From Cyanophora paradoxa CCMP329 (Eukaryota > Plantae > Glaucophyta): DNA of 64,000 bases. Positions within the stretch are counted from its first letter, which is position 1; each line of letters opens with the position of its first letter. The DNA lies in NCBI GenBank assembly GCA_004431415.1, contig QPMI01000628.1, positions 1-64,000 on the forward strand, written 5' to 3'. The notes under the pieces are model-generated. The model made no database searches, was not told where the DNA came from, and worked only from the letters and a program-made list of their open reading frames with translations. Both the position numbers and the translations under genes were made by a program. Positions 26,097-44,351 of this stretch are shown here, piece by piece.

Positions 26097-28841
26097 TTTT
26101 TTTTTTGAGAGACTACGGTGGGGCGAACCCCCCGTAGGTAGTGATATTAAAGACAACAAAGCAATCACAAATCAAAGATACAGTAAACTAGCACAAAATA
26201 TATACAGAATCAAGAGGGAGCACGAGAAGGGACACGATCAGAAGAACGCAAAAGATAAGGAGAACGAGCACGAGGAGAAGGAGTAGAAGAGCTCAAGGGC
26301 GTCGACACAGAAGTACTAGTCACACTAGAACGACGAGGAGCACGGGGACGCAGCAAATAAGGAGAACGAGCACGAGGAACTACAGTCGAAGACGAAGATA
26401 TAGACGAAGACGACAAGACAGAGCTAACAGCAGAACTAGAAGACGTAGTCGCAGGAGGCAAAGGCGGTAGAACAGTAGGAGAAGCGAAACGGAGGACACC
26501 ACTAGAGGGGAAAGTCGAAGCTGGCGGAGTGTCTAAACGGAATCGAGATTGTAGAGTTGGTAAAACAATGGACGGCTGAAGACTAATCTGAGGAACTGGG
26601 GACGACACGAGGAAAGGGGCAGAGCTCGGGTGCAGACTCGGAATCGGCAGTATAAGAGGAGGGGCGAAACGCAAGCCAGTAGTAACAGGGAAGGCAGACG
26701 ATGGGGCTGAACCAGGCGGGAGAGGCAAATATAGCGAAGTAGAAGAGAGAGAAGGGTACACACGAGGAACGTCACCATACACAAAATACTCGCTGCCAAA
26801 AACTATACGGTCTGACGGTCGCTGAAGATAAAGAGGCGGAACTGCCTGAGGGCTAACAGTGAGAGATGGAGGAGGAAGAGGCAGAGCTAACGACAAAGGG
26901 AACGGAATCAAAGGTACAGGGAAGGCATGGAATACACGAGGAACTGGAAGGTGGAGGGGGCCAGTGCTCCTAACTAACATCGATGAAGCATCTGATGGAG
27001 GTGACGGCAAAACAACTGAGGGTAAACTAAGTTGAGGTGAAGCGAAGATTGATACAAGACTATCATGAATCAAAGGGGGCCATGCAGGAACCGGCGGGCG
27101 AGGTGGATCTGGCGGGACAGCCAGAGGGGAAGCCGAAGGTACAGGAGAGGAAAGCCGCAGGCGCCGAGACACATGGACAAGGGACGGATCGGCATCGGGA
27201 GGCAAGGTTGAATTCGACGGAGACCGGGGGCGGCGGATTCGTGAAACGGAAGGTATCAGAGAAGGACTAGGGGGGGGCAGGGAAGTACGGAGCCGCTGAG
27301 CAGGTGGCGACGGTGAGGGTGCAGGGGAGCGAATCCGTCGCAAAGTCGGAACAGGCTGACGGGGCTCGGCATATGTAGCCGCAGCTGCAGGAGCTGGAGC
27401 AAGCACTGGGGGTGCCGGATCCGGAGACTGGAGGCGGGGGCGCTGGGCAGGAGGCACAGGATCTGGAGGATTCTCTGAACTAGAGGGGGTTCGAGGTCGG
27501 CGAACGCCACGGGCGTTAGCAGGATGTTTATCAGCCCGAACATGACGGTCACGATCAGCAGAAGACTGAAAGTTCTTCCCACAAATAGGGCATATTAATG
27601 TGGAGGCAGAAGCGGCGCTAGCGCTAGCATCGGCAGACGAGCTCAAACGAGAACTCGAGAGAGCCGGGACCGAAGCTGTATCAGCGCTAGCAGATGACCT
27701 CGCAATGTGCTGAACTTGAGGATTCACGCCGACGCCATTAACTGTAGCAGCAGGCCTAGGGGTAGCGACTGCAGGGGGGCCCGGGACCGCGACTGCTGGG
27801 GGGCCCGAGCGCTGTAGAGGGATAGCTCCGCGCACAGAAAAGAAGCTCGCATCAAAAATAGATTGAGGGGGCTAGGGCGGTCACGTGACTCAGGGTTTGA
27901 ACCATCGTAATCAGAGCCCTCCCCTAAATGCCGTAAACGAAGAAGCTCAATGCGCTCGACAGCAGGAGGCAACGTAATCTCGAGAATATCCAGAAAACGT
28001 TTCCACAGGTTTAGCAGAGCATTAACGGAGTACACTGGTACCCGCTCAGCAAGTAAATTATCGGGTGAGAGATATGCACGGGACAGCTGAAAAATTGCGT
28101 AAATGCCCGCCAAAATATAACCGAGATACCGAACACAGAAATCGGCATCCACAGAAGATGTGATCAATGTCCCCGCAACACCGGGAACTTGTGGATCTAG
28201 AATAGCGGAGAACGTAATAGGAGGCAATGGTAAAGAGGGCTGCACGTCCTCGGGCAAAGCCTCTGCTAAGGATGTGAGCTCAGCATGCATGGCCCGCCAA
28301 AAACCCTGCACCACAGGGCAATCAAAGAAAACGTGCCGCACTGAACGATGCTGCCCATCATTACAAGCGCGGCAGAAAATAGCCGCGACCGGCGGCCGTT
28401 GTAAAGATGGGAAAGCCTTATATCGGAGACGGAAGAGGACATCGAGCCACAGCATAGGAAAGGCACGAAGGGCGACGAGCTGAGACACGCGATTAAGAGG
28501 GAGATCCAGACCCCAGTGTTCTGAAGGCATCTTAGCCCTACTCCGCACCCGCCACAGTCGCTGTACCTCGAGCTGGTAAAAGCGCCGAACAGAAAAGCCC
28601 TGAAGCGTGAGCATCTTATCGAATGTGAAAGCAAAATTGCTGTAGGAAAGCGTAGCTGTCGAACCCGTGCCAAGCGAAACCAGAATTGGACGCGAACCTC
28701 TGCGCAAAGAAATAAAATACCGGGAGGAGAGCACATGAAGCGGCAAGAGGCCAGCTGGTACGCCAGGGTACAAGAGCGGATCTGGAGGGCGGCCACGGGG
28801 CCACGGGACGAAATCCAACACCCGTGGGACAATCTCACCTT
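26097..28841 (-). mobile_element. Second 5'-truncated L1/Tx1-like LINE (related, distinct family)
   Basis: 15-bp TSD TATTAATAACTAGTA at 26082-26096 and 28842-28856; poly(A). ORF 27724-28821 aligns by eye to the first LINE's C-terminus (SVRRFY.LEVQRL, CR.CNDG..RS..HVF..CP). Confidence 0.93.
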
Positions 28842-29048
28842 TATTAATAACTAGTAATCATAGCGATCTCGAAACTTCGCGATGGTCGTGTTATAATTTA
28901 ACAGTACAGCGGATCCGGACATAAATATCACGAATAGGAGCTGTGCACACAGCTGCAGCAAACGTGGAATTAAAGATCTCGGCGCCAAGTCGATATGCAG
29001 CTGCAGGAGTTGATTGTGGCGCTCATGATCAGTCGCGCCCCCGGGCCC

Positions 29049-35695
<6,647 letters not shown>

Positions 35696-36899
35696 CTTGG
35701 ATGAAGTCGGCTACCAGAATTTCGAATTCGGCCTGTGTGCCATGCCATATGCATGTCAGCGCGACCTGCAGCTGGCAGCCTGGCAGCGCTAGCCCGCACT
35801 GCGGCACAGTGAAATTTGAGCGAGCACGGCTAGACAGCTCAGTGGCTGCAAAGCACACAGAAGGCCTAGAACAGGTCCTAGACCGCGAGCGGAGCCCCAA
35901 GGGGAAAAGAAGCCTTGCAATGGAAGCTCTACGATCAGCTAAAGGAGAAACAAGAGAGAGAGCGGACCTGTGCGATCCGCGACCTGAGAACTTCGACGGA
36001 ACGTAAAACAAAGCTGTCTCAAGAGCCCAGACGTCGACCTGGAGGCTAGGCTTCGCGCGGCGCCTGCGTTACGCGTCGAATCCACGACTAAGGCTCTAAG
36101 GAATGTACAGCACCGGTACCGGACCGTCAACGGCGCTCACAGCTACTGACTCACTGAGTCACAGTCACTGCGTGCTGAGCTGCCAGGCCAGCTGCAGCTG
36201 GAGATCTACTAGGAGATCTACGAGCCTCGGAGCTCGAGGCTAGAAGCTCCGGGATCCTGCCCGCCGATGCCGGCCCGACGGGCCGCCGTGCCGCAGTGCC
36301 CGCCCGTCACGGCCCGTGCAGGGTTAGCCTACTAGGAGCAGCTCACTTGGCGAAGCTGCACTGCACTGCATGCGCACTAGTACTGCGGCAACGCCGAGTC
36401 CGACGGTCGGGAGTCCCGGCCGCGGCCGTCGGAGTCGGCGAGTCGGTCGGACTCCCGATCCGGACTCCGCGGCCGCGATCCGGAGACTTCTAGCCTTAGA
36501 AGTTCTAGGACGCCTCGGAGCCTCAGGGCCTACTAGGCCTAGCCTCGGAGGCTTGAATTTACGTTTTTCGGATACGAAGAGGAAACGGATACGTCGAATA
36601 CGATCGAACCAGGCGCGCACCGGCCGCGCCGGATGGTAAAGCTGACAGTTGATTGGATCGGGATCAAAAACCGTTAACATAACTATATATATTTTACTAT
36701 ATATATGATATGCACGTCCGACGTCGACGGTCAGTGACCGTCAGTCACAGTCTGCAGCTAGCGCTAGCTGCGATCAACAATTGCAATCACAATCAGCAGC
36801 GACTCAACAACAACATTGTCTCAATCGCGCGCGGAGTTCCGGTCCAACTTCCGGATCCAGATTCCGGATCCGATGTTAATAGGATTCATAGCCATGATA

Positions 36900-37440
36900 C
36901 TGGAGAGCTAAAAATCTTTAGTGGGCTGCATATTTATAGTACCAAAAGTTTTTGGGCGACCTACTAAATATTTCCCGCCTGCTAAAGCCGAGAATTTGTA
37001 GGGGTATACGTAGCTCCATCTCCGCCATACAAAAGCGCTAGCCCTGTCAAGACTGACCTACAGGCTACAGACATGAGACAGCCTCAGACATGCCCGGATT
37101 CCGGCCGCGGAGGTTGCCAAGTTGGCCGGCACAATAATTAATCGCGGGACGCCGGGATTCACCGCGCCGGCGCCGGCGTGGCGGAATGGAATAGCCTACT
37201 ATTAATTAATTTAGTTCAGGAAAATAATCAGTGATTCGCCAAAACTGCCACTTTAGCGGCTAGCAAATGTTTGGTACGTCAGTAAAATATGACTCAGTAT
37301 ACGTAAGTCTTCGCAGAGCTTTTGTTTTGTATGGCGGAGACGGGGCTACACCTGCGGCCCGGCTAACCCTACCGTGTAACACTTCATTAAGTAATACGCG
37401 CACTAAATATGCAGCATACTAAATAATTCTAGCTCTCCAC
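36900..37440. mobile_element. MITE-like element with imperfect ~40-bp TIRs, TA-flanked
   Basis: Left tggagagctaaaaatctttagtgggctgcatattta vs reverse complement of right end tggagagctagaattatttagtatgctgcatattta; inner IR tctccgccatacaaaa (~37020 / ~37326); TA on both sides. Confidence 0.7.
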
Positions 37441-37450
37441 TAGTACCTTT

Positions 37451-37567
37451 TTTTTTTTAAATCTACGGTGGGCGTACCCACTCGTAGTACACAACGAGGA
37501 TACAAGTCACAGTATCGGGAACCACGAGGGTTCGAAGTACAACGAAGCGGAAACAGCAGGAGCCGAA
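37451..37567 (-). mobile_element. Very short retroposed LINE/SINE 3' end
   Basis: TSD TCCACTAGTACCTTT at 37436-37450 and 37568-37582; poly(A); terminal hairpin like that of the 26-kb LINE. Confidence 0.85.
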
Positions 37568-38214
37568 TCCACTAGTACCTTTGAAAGGCTGCCGCCAGCT
37601 GCAGGCTCCGCATGCAGCCTGGCAGCCTGCAGCCTGCTGCTGCTGCTGCTGCGCGCGCGCGCGGCGCCTCAAACTTGATGTAATCGAACTCTAATTTGAA
37701 TTCGAAAGCTTCGAATTCGAACTTCGGATCCGGATCCGGACTTCCGCCGCGGCCGAATTCGAAGTTCCGGCCGACTCGAGCTCCCGGGACTCCGCGCGGC
37801 TTCGATCGAACTTGGTAACGTAGTAGTGGTACTAAACTACTACTAGCTATGACACCTGTTTCAGAAATGACAGCGCCCCACTCTGAACCCCCCCCCCCCC
37901 CCCCCTCCCGCCCCCGGCCCCCGCCCCCGCCCCCCGGCCCCCCTCCCCCCCGGCCCCCGCCCCCCCCCCCCGGCCCCCCCCCCCCCTCGGCCCCCGCCCC
38001 TCCTCCCCTCCTTCCCGGCGCGTGTAGGGAGGCGTGTATATATCATTACATTAACGGCGAATTGCCGGCTCGGGAGGGGGATCAAGCCCGGGCTCGAGGA
38101 GGGGCGCGTAACAACCGGGTACGACGGCTTAGCGCCTCCGCGGATCGGCCTTGGGTGACCCTTTGCCTGGATCAAATCAGATCGATCGAATTTATATGTC
38201 GAGGGGTACGTAGG

Positions 38215-41200
38215 CGCCCGGGAAGACGACGGAGTAGATGCGCATGACGCGAAGGAGCGCCGGTGCCGAGACCATCGTCGAGACCGCCCAGACCGCGCTT
38301 CGGTTCGCGATCGTGAGGCGCGGATCAAATTCTCGTGGGCGGATCGGGGGCGGCGCGGGTTGGACGCACACGACGCGCCACGCGGAGCCGTCCACGAGGG
38401 CCCACCCCAGCTCGAACCCGTCCTTCACCGCTCGCTGCTGCGACGAAAAAGAATGAGCGCGAGGCGGAGCGGAGCGGAGCAGGGCGGTCGGGCGGGGCGG
38501 ACGCGGCCGGTGCGGGCGAGGGCGGCGGAGCGGGCGGAGAGGAGGTGCAGGCCGGCGAGCCCGAGGGCGATGCAGGCGGCCGAGGCGAGGGCGGCCGCGA
38601 CGCACGCGGCAAAGTCGCCGTCGGGGAGGGCCGCGGGGTGGAAGGGGAAGAGCGGGGCCACGCGGGAGTACCGCAGCACCGTCGCGATCGCCACGAACTG
38701 CGAACGAAGGGGGGGGCGCTCAGGGAAGGGGGGGGGGGGAAGAAGCAGGCGGGGCCGGCCGGCGCGCCTGCAGGCTCGCCATCGTGCTCGCGAGGGCCTG
38801 CCGGCCAGTATTCGGATAGTGAGAAACGCAGCAGGGGTCTCAAGAAGAAGGGGGAGCAGAAGACGGGCTTGAGAAGAATCTAAGAAGGAGCAATAATCTA
38901 AGATCTAGATTCCAGTGATTAGAAACGTAGCAGGAGTCTCAAGAAGGAGCAGGAGCAGGGCGGGGATCATCGAGAAGCAGGCTTATTATCAAGAAGAGAC
39001 GAAGGCGTCGGTACCCTGTAACTAAACGAGACTAGAATATTAAAAGTGGGGCTGGTTATCTAAAGTGTCCTAAAGCACCCTCTCAGAGTCTAACAAATCG
39101 AATACTAAAAGCGGGGCCCCGGCCCGAGCGCGCCTGGAGGAAAAAAAAGGCGCGGCCGCCCTCCCGCGCGAGGGAGAGGCCCCTCTCGACGTAGCGGTCG
39201 GCCGCCCCGTCGAGGGGCGGGGCGGCGGCCGAGGCCGAGGAAGGGAACAGCTCGAAGGGCGCCGAGGGGGAGGGCGAGGGCGAGGGCGATGAGGAGCCGG
39301 GCGGGGGCGAGGGCGAGGGCGCGCCGGGGGGCTCCAGGGCCCACCCGCCCACCCGCGAGCGCCGCGGCCGAAGCAGCCGCGACAGCAGCTGCGGGCCAGC
39401 CGATGTCAATGCGAGCGGGGGTACGGCTCGGGAAGCCATGCGCTCGCGATCTAACCCGCCCCGGCCGTCCGGCCAACGTACGGGGGGGGGGGGGGGGGGG
39501 GGGAGGGGGGAGGGGGGGGCGACGCGGGGCGAAAGCCAAACCCGTGGCCGAAGCCCTTAGCGGACGGGAAGGCGGGATGGGAAGGGGCGAAAGCCGAAGC
39601 CGAGGGCCTCCGGGGCAAAGCGGGGCGGGGGCGGCGGGCGAGGGCGGGAACGAGGGCGTACCCGGGCGAGGCGGAGGTGGGCGGCGCGGGAGGCGCGGGC
39701 GACGACGAGTGGCGCGAAGGTCGCCGCCACGTCGCTGGGGGAGAGGGGGAGAGAGAGAGAGAGAGAGAGAGAGAATCAGCAGCGCAGGAGGCGGCGCTCA
39801 AGTATTTTAACCTCTTGCATCTAAAGCTTTTGAGCCTCGAGATCGGGCTTGGGCGAAGCACCCCCTGGCCTGGCCGGCTCACCTCACGACGCTGAAAGCG
39901 AGCACCCACGCGGAGGAGGCCCGAAACGAGCTCATCCTGTGGGCCCGTCGACGTGAGGGCGCGCGCGGGGGGGGGGGGGGGGGGGGGGGGGGGAGCAGAA
40001 GGCGTGCGTGGTTCGGGGCGAGTCGAAAGGCGAGGCGGGGGAGGCAGGGGAGGGAGCGGACTTGAGCTCAGGTCGGGGGCGGGGGGGGGGCGGGGTAGGG
40101 CGGGCGGGGCGGGTGGGGGGGGGGTACGGAGAAGCGGACGCACTCATTAGCTCACTATTAGGCGAGCGAACGGTCCGGGCGGGGGAGGGGGGGAGGAGGA
40201 GATGGAGGTAGCTTGTACGCTACGCTAAGCTATGCCTGTACGCTACGCTATGCATTTACGCTTGGGAGCCGGGCGGGCGGGGGGGGGGGGGGGGGCGCGG
40301 GCGCACAGGCGGAAGAGGCGGATGGAGTGGAGGAGGTAGAGAAGAACGAAGGCCTGGCCCCCGTTGTCCGGCAGCAGCGCGCAAAGCGGGCCCCGGAACA
40401 CCTGGAAAGGGTGGGTGGGGGGTGGGGGGCGGGGTTGGAGGGGGAGAAAGGTGGAGGGGGGTATCGAGCACCCGCAGGAACCCGAAGCACATGCCGGCGG
40501 AGACGAACGAGAAGCAGACGGAGACGGCGACCTGTACCCCAGAGAAAGGACGAACGTTATTTGGAATTTCAAGTTCGAAAAGCGTTCAGAATTAGGCTCA
40601 TGACCAGTTGTAAGGTTTGTTTTTAAAGGCTCATCAGCAGAAAAAGGGAGGGGGCGGGAAGGCGGGGGGTACTGCACCTGTGCCGCCCCGCTGTTCGCGA
40701 AGAGGGAAAACAGGAACAGGTACCTGCGCGGACGCGTCGGAGGGGGGGGGGGGGGAGGGAGGAGGGAGGCGGAGGGAGGGGGTACGGCGCACCCCCAGAG
40801 GGGGTACACGACGAGGAGGAGGCCGGAGAAGAAGATCATGAGGCGGGAGAGGAGGCGGCGGGCGCCCCCGGCGACGCCAGCAGCGACGCGAGCTCCTCGG
40901 GGTACGTGGGCGAGGCGGCCGACGGCCGGCGGGGGCCCCGGCGCCGGCGCCGACCGGGCCCGCCGGCGCGAGCCCGGCCCGCCCTGCGAGGGGCTCCGCG
41001 TGCGAGTCCAGCAGCGCCTCTCGGGAGGAGATGGTGGAGGGCCGGCAGGGGCCCGAGGGGGCCCGCGGCGGCGCCCGCGGCGCCCGCTCCGGGGTGGTAC
41101 CGGGGGTCTCCGGGGTCGACGCTCCCCCCAAGTCAAGAACCGCCACTGCAGCCGCCGCCGGCGGCTGCAGCAGCTGCTCCGCCGGCGGCTGCAGCAGCTG

Positions 41201-42130
41201 CTGCTGCGGCCGCCGCTCCGCGCCGCAGGCTGCTGCTTCGCCGGGATCTTCCGGTGCACCGGGGCCAGAGCCCGGAGCCGCCGCCAGCCCCAGGGGGGGC
41301 GCCCCGCGGGCGTTGAGCGGGAGGGGAGGTCGAGCGCCGGCCACCACCATCCCCTCCTCGGAGCCGTCGAGCGCGGCGACGTGGACGGAGGCGGATGCGC
41401 GGCCGCGGGCGGCGGCGGTCCAGGCGAGGAGGGGCGGCACGCAGGCCGGGAGGAGCAGGACGGAAATGGCGGCAGCCGGGGCGAAAGGCACCTCCAGCGC
41501 CCCGGGCGCCGCGTAGGCGAACGCGGCGCTCCCGCCGACGAAGAAGAAAGCGAGCGAGGCGAGGGGCGGCCCGAAGACGGGGGGCCAGCCGCGGGGCCGG
41601 GCGAGGTCCCACGGGAACACGAAGGAGGCGTACGCCAGGAGCCCGATCATGAGCGTGAGCCCCGCGCACGCCGCGCTGTACACTGCCGCGAGCGTAAGCG
41701 AGCGAGCGCGGTTCGCGCGGGCGGAGGCGGACGGGCGCGCGCACCGAACGCGGCCGCCCTGCCCTCGCTCCCCTGCAGGGGCCCCGGGTACGCGCCGCCC
41801 AAGCCCATCGGAAAGAGCGGCAGGACCAGCATCGCCGCGAGGCGCCGCATCCGCGGGCCGCGCAACGACTGCTGCTGCGGCTGCTGCTGCTGCTGCTGCT
41901 GCGGCTCCGGCGTGGCCCGATCATGATCATCCCGCCCGGACGCCGGGGACGCGTAGCGGGTGGAAGTAGCAGAGAACGAGAACTCGTGGTGGTCGGGGGT
42001 CGGCCGCTGGGCGACGCGGGCGGCCTCCAGGTCCCGGGCGGACGCGTCCCCATCCGAGGACGACCCGGGACCGCGGCTGGCGCTCCGCCCCTCCTCCCTC
42101 CTCTTCATCTTGCGCTTCTTCTGCATTCTA
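38215..42130 (-). CDS. Hypothetical multi-pass membrane protein, multi-exon
   Basis: Hydrophobic exons: MLVLPLFPMGLGG; LTLMIGLLAYASFVFPW; LASLAFFFVGG; LMIFFSGLLLVVYPLWG; VAVSVCFSFVSAGMCFGFLR; QAFVLLYLLHSIRLF; AALASAACIALGLAGL. Both ends approximate. Confidence 0.65.
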
Positions 42131-43198
42131 TTGCGCTCCAGGTTCTGACCGATGTCCTCCCCCGCCAGCCTGGCAGGGCGCGGACGCGCCGCAGCCGCTG
42201 CAGGAGGGGCTCCTAGACAAGCTGCGCTGTTGCCTGCGGTAGCGACTCGGCCGAGTGTTGATGCGCGAAGCGCGCGGAGCCGCTGCCGCGGCCAGCCGCA
42301 CGCGGGGCCCGCGGGCCGCCGGAGAGGGCGATGTGCGGGCTGCGGTGCAATGGGCTGGGATGGGAGATCTTGCGTGCACGCAGGCATCAGCAATCAGCGC
42401 GATGGAGCGCCCAAGAGCGACTACAAAGGATGCGCACCACAACCGCTGCACAGCCGCCGCCGCCCCGCACCACCACCAGCCGGTCAAGCCTACTGGGCTA
42501 CCGCCCCGACCGATCGCGACGGAAGCGCTCACCGCGGCTCACCTGCAGGCTGGGCGCCTGCACCAGGATCGCGATGACCCAGGGTTCGATTCCCCGACGG
42601 TCCCTTGCGAAGAGCTCGGAGGAGGCTGCTCTAGGTTCCAGGGACCCGAGTCACCTGACGTCTCCGACGAGCTCGCGATCGCGAGTCGGCGCCGCGCCGG
42701 CCGCAGCGTGGCATCGACATGTACATCGCCAGCGGCCGCGGCTCCGCGGCGGGCGCTCCGAAAATTAAACAGGCCCGGCGCCCTGCAGCTGAGGCCCGAG
42801 GCGCCCCGCGGCGCCAGGCGCCGCGCGCGCGCGCGGCCCTTGCCAAGCCTTGAAGTTGGCTAAGCTTAATTAAGGCCGCGGGCGAGCTTGCCGATTCCTG
42901 CACGGTGCCACGGTGCCGCATATGCATGCGCAGTGTACTAGTACTACCAGTACCGTCACGCGGCGTCGTACCGTAGCCCAGTTTTGAGTCGCGTGGCGCT
43001 GGCGCCGGCCCGGGCGCCCGGCGCGGCTAGCGCTGCCCGGTGCCGCTTGCCAAGTTGTCCTCTCTCCCCGCGCCGGCACCGGGTTGATCCGCAGATCTAG
43101 AGCCCCCCCCCCCCCCCCCCCCCCGCCCCATCCTCTCCGCAGGCTTAGTGCCTCCGCGCCGGATGCTCCGGATGCCTCCGAGGCCTCAAGCTCGTCGC

Positions 43199-43624
43199 TT
43201 TTTTTTTTTTTTGAAAGTCTGCTCCATTCGTACACACATGACAGCAGCCCCCCGCTCCGCGCCTACCGGATACTGGGAAAGCCAAGCTACACTGAGGAAA
43301 AGGGCGAGCTCGGTTCTATAGCTTGTTGTCGTAGTCGAGCTGATGCTGAAGCTGTAGCCGTCAGGTCGCCCCCAACACATAATATGCGCCGGTCCTCAAG
43401 TAGGAGGCGTAGGCATGCTGAGCTACACGGTCCTAGATGCCCTCTTGCTGGTTCTAAAACATGGCCGCGGGTCGCTCGTGAAGGGGGGAGTTGAGAGAGG
43501 AGGTGGGGAGGGAGAGATGGGGAGGTAGGTTCAGGTTGTTGCGCTGGGTCTTGGATCGCGCCGCCCAAGTCCACGGGTGCGGCGGGGTGTGGGAGCAGGG
43601 CGTCGCTGGTCGAACGTGGGGAGC
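43199..43624 (-). mobile_element. 426-bp retroposed insertion (truncated LINE or SINE)
   Basis: 18-bp TSD AGGCCTCAAGCTCGTCGC at 43181-43198 and 43625-43642; 14-nt poly(A); absent from the left arm near 9860. Confidence 0.92.
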
Positions 43625-44351
43625 AGGCCTCAAGCTCGTCGCCCGTGATCGGGCTCTTCGCCTTCTGCTTCACGACGGCAAAGAGCGGCTCGGCGCCCTC
43701 CTCTCCGCCGCCCTCCTTGGCCTTGCACTCGCTCGAGCTCCTAGATCCTTGGGGATCCGGAGGGTGCGGACGAGGGCGCAGGGGAAGACGCCCGAGACGC
43801 GTACGCGGGTACGCGGAGCTCGGCCTCCTGCCGCGACGAGGCCGGCGCGTCCTGCAGGACGAAGCCGCTGCGCGCGCGTGTGCGGGAGCATGAGCTGAAG
43901 CTTACGCTCGGAGTCCGGAGAGAGAAAGGGAGAAGAGTAGAGCGCACTACTTGCGGATCTCGAGCTCGAGGTCCGACTCCCGCTGGAGCTCGCGATCGGC
44001 CCGGAGGCAGGCGAGGCTCCAGCAGAGCGGGACGTGGACGGAGCCGCAGGGGGCCGGCTGCCCGTCCAGCTTGTAGTTCAGCCGCACCCTGGCCTCTGCG
44101 CGCGCGCCCCCTCGCATCAGCGCCGTTCGCGCGGGCGGGCGCTCGCGGCTGCAGCTGCGACCGCGGGCCGTGGCGCATGCACCGGAGAGCTTCGCCCGCT
44201 TTGCGTCGGGCTCGGCGCCCGCGCCCGCGCCCGCGCCGTCTTCCTCGCCGCTCTCGGCCGCGGGCGCTGTTGGGGCGCTTGAGGCTCGCGGCCGCCTCCG
44301 CCGCGGCCTGCAGCTGCGCCTAGGCATGCTCGAGCTCCTGGGCGACGACGA
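43625..44351 (-). pseudogene. Disrupted partial copy of the 5' exons of the AAA+ gene
   Basis: AEPDAKRAKLS, RVRLNYKLDG..VPLCWSLACLR and VLQDAPASSRQEAELR mirror 9200-9880. Confidence 0.8.

Noticed and set aside
37690-37810. Dense EcoRI/HindIII/BamHI/XhoI/SacI sites resembling a cloning polylinker
   Set aside because: No vector backbone. Similar palindrome clusters occur throughout (3480-3780, 36100-36600, 44500-44640), consistent with the palindromic-insertion process.
38040-38080. Weak similarity to the LINE terminus (gccggcaattcgcc)
   Set aside because: Only ~12/14 nt, with no tail or TSD.
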